Below are positions 15,658 through 23,879 of a DNA stretch of 30,028 bases, piece after piece. The notes beneath the pieces are model-generated. The model was given only the letters and a program-made list of their open reading frames with translations. It did not search any database and was not told the DNA's origin. The number at the start of each line of letters is the position of its first letter. Within the stretch, counting starts at the first letter, position 1. Source of the DNA: a virus (lineage: Duplodnaviria > Caudoviricetes); IMG/VR virus record IMGVR_UViG_3300035494_000035, positions 1-30,028 of that record; one strand, 5' to 3'. The translations under genes were made by a program, and so were the position numbers.

Positions 15658-17418
15658 ATGAACCAATTAGAAATCGCAAAGAAATATGCAAAGAATGGGA
15701 TAGAAGTTTTCCCATGCAATCAAGACAAAGCTCCCATCACAAAGAACGGACACAAAAACGCCACCAGAGATATTCGTCAAATCGAAGCATGGTGGACTAA
15801 GCATCCTAATGCACTGATTGGTGCTCCTAACCAAACATTCACAATCATCGATGTTGACTGCTATGGTTTATGTGCCACTGGTCAGTTATTAACAGATAAT
15901 GCCATAAAACTTCTACACGAAGAGGGAATCTTCCGAGACGGTGTGATGAAAGTCAACACTGGTTCTGGTGGTATCCATTACTATTACAAGAAAAAAGAAG
16001 TAAAAAGGTCAACTAAGGTTTTACCAAACATCGACTTATTGAGTAATGGTGGATATTCTATTCTTCCCGACCAGAAAACCTATGTCTGCGAAACATCAAA
16101 TGAACCTTGGGAACAAATAAAACATCTCGAAGACTTGGATATGGTCAAACTGTCCATTCTTATTGATGAGAATGAGGAGTTCACCAAAGCCGCTACCTTA
16201 TTGAAGAAAGCATCCAAGGGCATGGTTTCTTATAGTAGACAATCCACAAAAGAGAACACCGCACCATCATTCACCGAGACTGAAAAGATGGAAACATTCG
16301 GTGACGGTTACAGAACATTCAATGACTATAAAGGAAATCAAGTAAAGTTTGCCTTTGAGAACAATGTGTATGAGAAGAATGAGAGAGTATACAAGTTCAA
16401 TCCAAATGCGAAGCTTCTGAACGAGAACAGAAAGTTCGTTTTAAGACGTGGTGAAACAACACAAGAAATGTTGATGTCTTTATTCTTCAATATTGAGATT
16501 CAGAAGATTGTTGGTGAGTATCTTGGATTGAATGTTCCGCATATCAATCACTCAACAAGACAACGCTCGATTCTACCTAATCACAATGATAGGAGACCAT
16601 CGATGTCTGTTCGCTGGGTTGATGGTAATCATTTGGTTGCTAGAGACCACTCGAACCACTTCAGTGATAAGTATAACCAAATCGACTATGATGTGATTCG
16701 ACTATACACCACACAAGTTTATAAAACTGCCACACCAAAATTCTCAACAGGTGAGAGAAATATGTGGTGGCTAAAGCTGTTATATGATGCGGGTGTGCTT
16801 GATGTGTCTGAGCTTGAATATAAGTTCCACTCAGAAGAATATGTTCACCACCTTAACGATTCAGAGAGAAGCGTATTAGAAGGCTATCGACTATTGACCA
16901 TGTTCAAGTCATCGTACAAGGAATATGATGGCTACACTGCATTCTCAGACAGATTCAGTTCTGGTTGGTGCAATGTATCAATCACATCAGCAAACAGAGC
17001 AAAACATTCCCTAATCGAACAGGGATTCATTGCTTTTGTTGATTCTGTGAACTGTGATAAGAATAATGAAAAATTTAACAGAAATGTGACAAGAGGTTTA
17101 AGACCAATCACAACCGAAGACAACTTCGATGAACTGATTCAGAAATCTTTTGAGAATGAGGAAGTATATCAATCAAACCGTAAAAAGCTGAAAGAAGAGC
17201 AAAAGAAAGAAGAATCAGAAGAAAAAGAAAATAAAAAGGTAGACATTGAAACCAAGTTGAAAAATGTTAAAATTGCTGGTGAAAAGTTTGCTACCCGTTT
17301 GAACAAAAAGAATAAAGTTGTTCACATTGAAGACTATATGATACCAAGTGAACAAAAACCAGATAAATACTATCATCAAGAACAACCACTTATGGTTAAA
17401 GGAGATAGAGACCCATGA
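15658..17418 (+). CDS. Bifunctional DNA primase/polymerase (Prim-Pol, AEP superfamily) with C-terminal winged-helix-like region
   Basis: YAKNGIEVFPC, KAP, NATRD, WW, IIDVD, TGSGGIHYYY and IDLLSNGGYSILP motifs. Later LPNHNDRRPSMSV and an HTH-like AFSDRFSSGWCNVSITSANRAKHSLIEQGFI. Confidence 0.85.
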   Translation: MNQLEIAKKYAKNGIEVFPCNQDKAPITKNGHKNATRDIRQIEAWWTKHPNALIGAPNQTFTIIDVDCYGLCATGQLLTDNAIKLLHEEGIFRDGVMKVNTGSGGIHYYYKKKEVKRSTKVLPNIDLLSNGGYSILPDQKTYVCETSNEPWEQIKHLEDLDMVKLSILIDENEEFTKAATLLKKASKGMVSYSRQSTKENTAPSFTETEKMETFGDGYRTFNDYKGNQVKFAFENNVYEKNERVYKFNPNAKLLNENRKFVLRRGETTQEMLMSLFFNIEIQKIVGEYLGLNVPHINHSTRQRSILPNHNDRRPSMSVRWVDGNHLVARDHSNHFSDKYNQIDYDVIRLYTTQVYKTATPKFSTGERNMWWLKLLYDAGVLDVSELEYKFHSEEYVHHLNDSERSVLEGYRLLTMFKSSYKEYDGYTAFSDRFSSGWCNVSITSANRAKHSLIEQGFIAFVDSVNCDKNNEKFNRNVTRGLRPITTEDNFDELIQKSFENEEVYQSNRKKLKEEQKKEESEEKENKKVDIETKLKNVKIAGEKFATRLNKKNKVVHIEDYMIPSEQKPDKYYHQEQPLMVKGDRDP

Positions 17419-17924
17419 CCCCTTTTACGCTTTACAAGATGCCAGTAGACATCCAGACATATGAGATAATCTCAAACTTCTGTACGGATTATAAAATCGA
17501 GAACGTGCCTAAGCGCGAGAATATGTATTTTGAAATCATCGGAGTTGAAGGACTCCATGCTCCTCAAAAAGTAGAAGCTGGTATTTCATATTTGGCTAAT
17601 GAACTTTACCTTGCTGAAGTCGAATCTGTTTCTGGTAACGGAACACTTCTAATGGTTGGTGCAACTTCTCCAGCCCTTGAAGAATTGGCAATGGAATATT
17701 ATGATGAGTTTGATGGTGAAGGTACGATTTCTGAAGAACCATCGGTATCAGTAATCATTTCGTATGACTACGAAAAAGGTAACGATGACTTAACATTCTT
17801 AGAAATGAAACTGAAAGAGTACACGAATGATGTGTTAAAGTTCTCAGAAATTAAGACACAATACACCACAGATGAAGACCTTGTTGACTTTATTTTGGAT
17901 GGTAGAGAACCAATTCAGAATTGA
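17415..17924 (+). CDS. Acidic protein resembling T4 57B/Acb1 (2H phosphoesterase fold) but lacking both HxT/S motifs
   Basis: TYEIISNFCTDYKIENVPKRENMYFEII and GTLLMVGATSPALEEL...VSVIISYDY parallel the 57B segments as recalled (LRVPNPVPREKIHSTI; STLVLVLDSEYL...PHITLSYNV). ATGA overlap with Prim-Pol. Confidence 0.5.
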   Translation: MTPFTLYKMPVDIQTYEIISNFCTDYKIENVPKRENMYFEIIGVEGLHAPQKVEAGISYLANELYLAEVESVSGNGTLLMVGATSPALEELAMEYYDEFDGEGTISEEPSVSVIISYDYEKGNDDLTFLEMKLKEYTNDVLKFSEIKTQYTTDEDLVDFILDGREPIQN

Positions 17925-17934
17925 TTTTCATATG

Positions 17935-18035
17935 AATCAATAGGTTAGGAAAATTGTCGAGTTTCAATAAATACTATTAAGGAACTCGACAAGGTTTTCA
18001 TCTCTCCCTCTCTTTCCATGTCGAGTCTCCTACCT
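17935..18035. other. Three-arm alternative-hairpin element with internal late promoter and IHF-consensus site; terminator, sRNA or micro-ORF
   Basis: Arms TTGTCGAGTT (17954-17963), AACTCGACAA (17983-17992) and TGTCGAGT (18019-18026). AATAAATA at 17966-17973. AATCAATAGGTTA at 17935-17947. Confidence 0.5.
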
Positions 18036-18559
18036 TATTTAGCTTTTCCTTCTTTGATGTCTTTCCAGTGATTTTGCCACTTAGTTCCTTCTTCTCGAAT
18101 CGCTCTGTCCCACTCAACTAAAGGTACAGACTCTTCCACTCGGATAAGAACGGTTTTGTATCTCCTTGTGATGTACTTAATAGCAGGTATTGCTCTTTTG
18201 AGCGAGTCATAATCAATAATCATTGGGAGATTTGATTTTATTCTAGCGGCATTGGATTTGAGGATAAAATTAATCACCGACTCCCGCATCTCAAGAGGAC
18301 AATACCCCAACTGGATGCCAAGAACGGTGTTATATGCTGGCTCGATTCTAAACGGGATTATAAGAGGGTCACGTTGATGCTCATATCCACCATAAAAAAT
18401 CTTGGTAAGATTACCAATCATCAATGTTTGGATTTTCTTCTTCGAGTATCCTGGTGTTTTGTATATGTCTGGTGAGATTGTACCAGGACCCACAAGAGTC
18501 GAATCGAATCCCTTATACAGGTCTAGTAATTCATCCCCAACATTTTTAATTATCGGCAT
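18035..18559 (-). CDS. gp2: DNA end protector protein, T4 gp2-like
   Basis: G-x-x-x-x-x-FY, DPLIIP, VLGIQLGYCPLEMR and I-x-RRY motifs match the gp2 pattern. Divergent from portal; GAGGA RBS. Confidence 0.65.
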   Translation of the reverse strand: MPIIKNVGDELLDLYKGFDSTLVGPGTISPDIYKTPGYSKKKIQTLMIGNLTKIFYGGYEHQRDPLIIPFRIEPAYNTVLGIQLGYCPLEMRESVINFILKSNAARIKSNLPMIIDYDSLKRAIPAIKYITRRYKTVLIRVEESVPLVEWDRAIREEGTKWQNHWKDIKEGKAK

Positions 18560-18591
18560 CACAAATCCTCATAGTAAATTATTCCTATGTA

Positions 18592-18611
18592 TATTTATTT
18601 TGATATAAATA
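18592..18611. promoter_or_regulatory. Back-to-back late promoters for gp2 (-) and portal (+)
   Basis: AATAAATA on - at 18592-18599 and TATAAATA on + at 18604-18611. Confidence 0.72.
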
Positions 18612-18654
18612 CAAGTAGTTAAAAGAATTCAATATATAGGGGGATTACCCACAA

Positions 18655-20193
18655 ATGAACGAAAATCTAATCGAATCCAAATGGAATCCCGTTTCATTGG
18701 GTAATGGCAACAAGAAACAGCCATACCAAATAAACAGCTATACGGTATCCAGCAATTGGTATAACAAGATTGTACAAAATGACGGCACACGTCTAAATCG
18801 TCTCAGAAATTATTACGATGCCGATAAATGTAACATCGAAATATCACGCGCACTTGATATTCTTGCTGAAGACATCTCATCAAGCAATGCAGACGATGAA
18901 GACCAATTCTATATCCATTACGAAGACGAAGATAAAGTCAAAAAGACTACCATCCGTCTTATGGGTGATGCCCTTAAACTTTGGGAAACCCGAACAGAAA
19001 TGGATATGGAGTTCTTTGAACGTGTCAGAAAAACACTTCAGTTCGGAGCCACGTTCTATAAAAAGAACAAAGACGGTACATTGACTGAACTATATCCTGA
19101 ACGAATGGTTGGCTATATCCTTGACGAAGATGACGAAAACTTTGTTACCCATTATCTATATGACCCAACCATTCAAAGGCTTGACCAAGCTGGTAGAAAC
19201 TTTAAAGCAAAATCAATCAACGGGTTCACGACTGTTAATGGTAGCACAAACAATGACAAGTATGAAACTTACTCAGTTGATGACTTATTGGTTCTTAAAG
19301 TTGGCAATCAACCATTCGGCACATCAATCATCGAGAAGGTATATGGGCTTTGGAGAACGATGAAGCTTATCGAAGACTCGGTTGTTATCTACCGTGTAAC
19401 TCGAAGCTATGAGCGTAGGGTGTATTACATAGATGTTGGTAACTTGCAAGGTGCTAAACGTGAACAGGCTATCGAACGTCAACGCATTAGACTTATGCAA
19501 AAGAACGCCAATCGTAAAGGCGAAATCACAACCGAATACGACCCCCACTCGATGGGGGAGGACCTCTTCATCCCGACAAATTCCACAGGCAAAGGCTCAA
19601 GAGTTGAGACTTTGCAAGGTGGTGGAACATTGGGTGAACTTACTGACTTGGAGTGGTTTTCCAAGAAGTTGGCGGCTGGTTTGCGAATTCCTCACTCGAT
19701 GATTGACACAGCAGACCAACAACAAACTCAATATTCGGATATGAGAATTGGTCAGCTATATGCAATCGAGTTGCGCTACATTTCGTATGTAAAACGATTC
19801 AAGCGCAGATTTGCAAAAGAACTGTTCAATCATTTCAAGTGGTTCGTCAATCAAAGACAGTTGGCATTCCCAGAGGAAGGCGTGTTCAGAATCAATGACT
19901 CAAACTCATTTGCTGATTATAAGCAGATTGAGCTAGACCAGTCAAGATTGAACGTATTCAACTCGACCTTACAAGTTATGAGTTTATCTAAGAAAGTGGC
20001 TCTACAGAAGTATTTGGGCATGACAGCCGAAGAATTGGCATATAACGAAGAAGAGAAGTTGTATGAGAAAGGCTTAACGGCTGAACAAATCAAAGAGATG
20101 CCACAAGAAGCCATCGACAATATTGTTTATGGTGATGGTAGACTTGGTAAGGAATACGGAATCGAAGCCGAAGACGGTGGAAGAGGTTGGTAA
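18655..20193 (+). CDS. gp20: Portal vertex protein, T4 gp20-like
   Basis: LIEDSVVIYRVTR, ERRVYYIDVGNL, EDLFIP, GSRVETLQGG and DLEWFSKKL...LRIPHS motifs. Confidence 0.95.
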   Translation: MNENLIESKWNPVSLGNGNKKQPYQINSYTVSSNWYNKIVQNDGTRLNRLRNYYDADKCNIEISRALDILAEDISSSNADDEDQFYIHYEDEDKVKKTTIRLMGDALKLWETRTEMDMEFFERVRKTLQFGATFYKKNKDGTLTELYPERMVGYILDEDDENFVTHYLYDPTIQRLDQAGRNFKAKSINGFTTVNGSTNNDKYETYSVDDLLVLKVGNQPFGTSIIEKVYGLWRTMKLIEDSVVIYRVTRSYERRVYYIDVGNLQGAKREQAIERQRIRLMQKNANRKGEITTEYDPHSMGEDLFIPTNSTGKGSRVETLQGGGTLGELTDLEWFSKKLAAGLRIPHSMIDTADQQQTQYSDMRIGQLYAIELRYISYVKRFKRRFAKELFNHFKWFVNQRQLAFPEEGVFRINDSNSFADYKQIELDQSRLNVFNSTLQVMSLSKKVALQKYLGMTAEELAYNEEEKLYEKGLTAEQIKEMPQEAIDNIVYGDGRLGKEYGIEAEDGGRGW

Positions 20194-20201
20194 AGATGGA
20201 T

Positions 20202-20229
20202 AGGGGCTAACACGCCCCTTACTTTATTT
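20202..20229 (+). terminator. Terminator between convergent portal and endonuclease genes
   Basis: AGGGGC-TAACAC-GCCCCT followed by a T-rich tract. Confidence 0.7.
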
Positions 20230-21864
20230 TTATTGTGGAATCATTTCAAACTTTAGTGAACCTGCATCATGGATTCTGACAAATCCATTCAAAGTCATAT
20301 TCTCATATTCGGTCATATTCTCATCAAATGTTTTTAACTTTTTATGAAGTTTGTGCTTCATAAACGAGGTTCTTGCATACCTAACTCCACCCTTCGAATA
20401 CCAATAATTTGGTCTTGTCATATTAACAAGGGCAAACCCATTCTTTTCATAAACATTTCCATTGCTATAGTCCAATGAAGCAAACGTAACAATCTTTTTC
20501 GGGTTGACCTGTTTGATAAAAAACTTAAGTAATTTTGAGAAACCGCCAACCACAGTACATGCAGTTGCAAATCTTACAATATCGAAACTACCGTCTTTTT
20601 GTTTCTTGACACTCATTGCTCCTACTAATTCATTATTAAAGTAAAGACCGTACACGATTTTTGCATTTATGTGTCCTTGTATGTGATTTTCGTTATATAA
20701 ATTAACTGCCAAGTCATTATTGATAACTCGAACATCACATTTTCTTGCATATATCTTTCTGTCGTGTTTGCCAAGTTTTGCTTTTATTTTTTTGATTACT
20801 ATGTCTCTTTTATAAATCCAATCATCTTCCCAGACATGAATTAAGCTATATCCATTCTGATGTGCAAGGATGCTTTTTTTCTGATGGAAAGTCTTTTCTT
20901 TAAAAATATCAGAATGCCAATACAAACCATTAAATTCGATAATAAGTTTTTTATCATGAACCACTATATCTGATTCTTTTCCATTAAGTATCTTCCTATT
21001 GTTATAATCTACATCAAATCCCCACGATTCAATAAGATTTCCAATCTCTGTCTCGTGTGCAGATACCGCTCCATTGTGAATTACATCAATTCCATATTTC
21101 TTTAAATAATCTTTATATGTTGTTGATGACACACCAATATCCTTCGATGCTATCTCTGTCGATTTGAAGTGCTCGTAATGTTCCTTTAAACGCTCAGAAT
21201 CGAATAAAACCTCTCTTGCACCATCATCATAGTGATTCTGCATTGGATGTCCATTATATTTCTTGTTCCAAGTTTCAAGTCTCTTTTTTGATATTGATTG
21301 GTTGAGCATTGGCGACAACACACCATGGTTCTTAACCCATGTTTCTTGGGCTTTCTTATATATTTCTCGTGATTGTAGTCCCCACTCAACCCCATGACGA
21401 GAAAGCATAGTTTTTTTGAATTCATCAATCCCATTATTGGTTTGTAAATAATATTCTGCACCATACCGCTCAAGCATGGTTTTGTTTTTCTTTTCCAATA
21501 GCTCTTTACTTTGTCCGCTAAACTCTACGCCATATCTCTCCATCATTGTCTTTCTTGTTCTCTCCATTCTACTGGAAGATTTATTTGAACATTCTTTGCA
21601 ACAACATTTAGACCACCCTGAGTAGTTGCCTCCGTATAATTTTTTTCTACTAAAAACATTTGGGTTTCCGCAAACCTCGCAAGTTGGTACGGATTCCCAC
21701 TGATTCTCGATGCATTGTAATCTTTGGATTAATTTAACTGAGTCTGGTAAAAATTCTGTGACACTTTTTATATCATCCATTAACTCTTTGTTGAATTTTA
21801 AGGTTCGACCATCTGGGAACCCCATGCTTTCCAGAGTTGCTAAAACATCTTCCATAGTTTTCAT
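20230..21864 (-). CDS. Hef-like endonuclease/Mom-like fusion, copy 2
   Basis: CEVC and CCKEC; TMMERYG-type repeats; ESDIVVHDKKLIIEFNGLYWHS; NHIQG, DIVRFA, GGFSKLL, TFAS, GNVYEKNGF. Antisense to the head operon. Confidence 0.8.
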   Translation of the reverse strand: MKTMEDVLATLESMGFPDGRTLKFNKELMDDIKSVTEFLPDSVKLIQRLQCIENQWESVPTCEVCGNPNVFSRKKLYGGNYSGWSKCCCKECSNKSSSRMERTRKTMMERYGVEFSGQSKELLEKKNKTMLERYGAEYYLQTNNGIDEFKKTMLSRHGVEWGLQSREIYKKAQETWVKNHGVLSPMLNQSISKKRLETWNKKYNGHPMQNHYDDGAREVLFDSERLKEHYEHFKSTEIASKDIGVSSTTYKDYLKKYGIDVIHNGAVSAHETEIGNLIESWGFDVDYNNRKILNGKESDIVVHDKKLIIEFNGLYWHSDIFKEKTFHQKKSILAHQNGYSLIHVWEDDWIYKRDIVIKKIKAKLGKHDRKIYARKCDVRVINNDLAVNLYNENHIQGHINAKIVYGLYFNNELVGAMSVKKQKDGSFDIVRFATACTVVGGFSKLLKFFIKQVNPKKIVTFASLDYSNGNVYEKNGFALVNMTRPNYWYSKGGVRYARTSFMKHKLHKKLKTFDENMTEYENMTLNGFVRIHDAGSLKFEMIPQ

Positions 21865-21896
21865 ATTATGTTACCTTTTTATAATGATGTTGGCAT

Positions 21897-21950
21897 ATTG
21901 TATATGTATTTATGAAAGTTGTCAACTTTTGATTCATCATAAATACATAT
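21897..21950. promoter_or_regulatory. Divergent promoter block: sigma70 TTGACA-N17-TACAAT and CATAAATA on -, CATAAATA on +
   Basis: -35 at 21920-21925 and -10 at 21897-21902 on the minus strand. 14 bp inverted repeat at 21902-21915 and 21937-21950. Confidence 0.72.
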
Positions 21951-21982
21951 GTTATTAACTTTTTAAATGAGGCAAATATAAA

Positions 21983-22501
21983 ATGGAAATGAAAGACAAG
22001 ATTAAGAATTTAATCAAAGAAGAAGTAAATCAACACATTCGGCCTAAAGAAGAACCATTGCATGAGTCTCTATTGGCGTTGGGTGCATTGGTAGTTGCTT
22101 TGGGTGCATCTTGGGGATGGTTGCGTGGATGGTTACAACGCAAATCAAAAGACACCATGTTGATGAAGTTTATGGAAACGTATGACCAATCTAAGGTGAT
22201 TGAGAAGCAGATTCCAGAACTACTTCGTAAGTTTAAACTGGTGAGCAACTTGCAAGACCTACAAGCGATTGAAAAAGAAGTTGACCGTGTTGTTAAAGAA
22301 TTATCACGAATGACATCAAAGGTTGATAAGTTTGTTGACAATACATATAAAGTTGAGCCAAACTGGTTTACTGAGATTATGGCACTTGACCCTAATCGTG
22401 AGAAGATGCGCTTGAAAAAAGAGTTGAAAGAGTTCATCGAAAAGATTGATGCTTCTTTTGAACTTGAAGCCGAAACCAAAAAAGATGCACTATTGGCATA
22501 A
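21983..22501 (+). CDS. Hypothetical head-cluster protein with N-proximal hydrophobic helix and coiled coil
   Basis: 172 aa; LIKEE and LHES precede LLALGALVVALGASWGWLRGWL. GAGG RBS and late promoter. Confidence 0.7.
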   Translation: MEMKDKIKNLIKEEVNQHIRPKEEPLHESLLALGALVVALGASWGWLRGWLQRKSKDTMLMKFMETYDQSKVIEKQIPELLRKFKLVSNLQDLQAIEKEVDRVVKELSRMTSKVDKFVDNTYKVEPNWFTEIMALDPNREKMRLKKELKEFIEKIDASFELEAETKKDALLA

Positions 22502-22505
22502 TAGA

Positions 22506-23147
22506 ATGTCTATTCTTAGAGAGTCAATACAATCTGAGATTAAGATGAATCGAGACCTGTTTGAGATGCAGATAGGTCTTGATACTTTGCTATCTAACCA
22601 AAATGTTCTACAAGAATGGAATATTGTCCAAGCATCAAAGAACTTGGCTAGAGGTATCAAAAACTTACCAAGCACGATAAAAGACTTACCAAATTATAGA
22701 ATGGTGATATTGAATGGTAAGGATGGTAAATGGTTTTTGACTAGAGACATGGGGAAGTTTGAAGCAGTATTCGTTGCCAATGATGGAACTGCTACATCTC
22801 AATCATATCCAGTGTCAGAGTTTGAGAATAAGGCAAAAGAAATTAACAAACAAGGTTATGAGATTGTAAGAGATTACAATGGCGTATATAAGGTTGTTAA
22901 ATGGTTTCTTTTGACTGGTGTTAAAAGAGGAACAGTTCAACTTTTGATTGGTGGCATTATTGCTTTGTTGGTTGGACTGGTTGCATTCTTTCCTTCTTTG
23001 GCAACCATCTCTATCCTTGGTACTACCATTGGTTCTCTTGCTGGTGTATTTGGTGCAACGGTTGCAATGAAGTTTGCTGGGATTGGTGTGATTAGTATTG
23101 CGGCTGGCAAAGTTGCAAAGAAAAAACTACATCCAGCAGTTTCTTAG
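22506..23147 (+). CDS. Hypothetical head-cluster protein with C-terminal Gly/Ala-rich hydrophobic hairpin
   Basis: Start placed at ATG 22506, 4 nt after the previous stop. LRES and LQE motifs near the N-terminus and a roughly 55 aa hydrophobic C-terminal segment. Confidence 0.7.
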   Translation: MSILRESIQSEIKMNRDLFEMQIGLDTLLSNQNVLQEWNIVQASKNLARGIKNLPSTIKDLPNYRMVILNGKDGKWFLTRDMGKFEAVFVANDGTATSQSYPVSEFENKAKEINKQGYEIVRDYNGVYKVVKWFLLTGVKRGTVQLLIGGIIALLVGLVAFFPSLATISILGTTIGSLAGVFGATVAMKFAGIGVISIAAGKVAKKKLHPAVS

Positions 23148-23156
23148 AAATACATG

Positions 23157-23180
23157 ACCCCTCAATCGAGGGGTTTTCTT
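23157..23180 (+). terminator. Intrinsic terminator
   Basis: ACCCCTC-AATC-GAGGGGT followed by TTTCTT. Confidence 0.78.
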
Positions 23181-23206
23181 TATTCCCTCCTTTTTTCTTT
23201 TTATTT

Positions 23207-23214
23207 TATAAATA
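23207..23214 (+). promoter_or_regulatory. Late promoter TATAAATA for prohead protease
   Basis: Exact consensus upstream of the RBS. Confidence 0.75.
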
Positions 23215-23247
23215 AATACATATACATTCTATAAAAGGGAAATAGAA

Positions 23248-23871
23248 ATGATTCTTATTGAGAACAATTTTGACGGAGTTCAGCGCATAGTCGAATCGGC
23301 AGATGGTAAGAAAAAGACTTATCTAGTCGGGACTTTCATGGAAAGCGAAACCCGCAACCGCAATGGTAGAATTTACGACAAGAAAGAAATCGAAGCGGCA
23401 GTAAACAAGATTAATGATGCGGCAAAGCTAAACCGCCACATACTATCACATTTAGACCACCCAAACCACTTAGACATCAAATTGGAAGATGTTGCAATGA
23501 AGTTGATGGAAGCTAAGATGGAAGGGAATCAGGTATGGTGTAAGGCGCAAGTTTTAGAGACGCTACCAAAAGGCCAGATTCTAAAAGGTCTACTTGACGA
23601 AGGAATCACCATTGGTGTTTCTTCTCGCGGTTCAGGACAAGTTGATGAATCAACTGGTCGGGTGAGAAACTTCAATTTCATTACTGTTGATGCAGTTGCT
23701 CAACCATCAGCAAACGCGTATCCAGAAACAATCCAAGAACAATTGGAATATTACAAGCGTGGTAATGTAATCGAAGATTTATCTGAAGCGGTTATTCATG
23801 ACCCAATGGCTCAACAATATTTCCAGCTTGAGATGAAGAAATTCATTAACGAAGTTTTATTGAAAAAGTGA
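23248..23871 (+). CDS. gp21: Prohead protease, T4 gp21-like
   Basis: NRNGRIY, HLDHP, PKGQILKGLL, IGVSSRGSG and DAVAQPS motifs, covering the His/Ser/Asp residues. Confidence 0.95.
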   Translation: MILIENNFDGVQRIVESADGKKKTYLVGTFMESETRNRNGRIYDKKEIEAAVNKINDAAKLNRHILSHLDHPNHLDIKLEDVAMKLMEAKMEGNQVWCKAQVLETLPKGQILKGLLDEGITIGVSSRGSGQVDESTGRVRNFNFITVDAVAQPSANAYPETIQEQLEYYKRGNVIEDLSEAVIHDPMAQQYFQLEMKKFINEVLLKK

Positions 23872-23879
23872 GAACAAAT

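Noticed and set aside
15588-15800. 70 aa ORF overlapping the Prim-Pol start
   Set aside because: GTG start inside a hairpin, out of frame with Prim-Pol, and no recognisable protein features.
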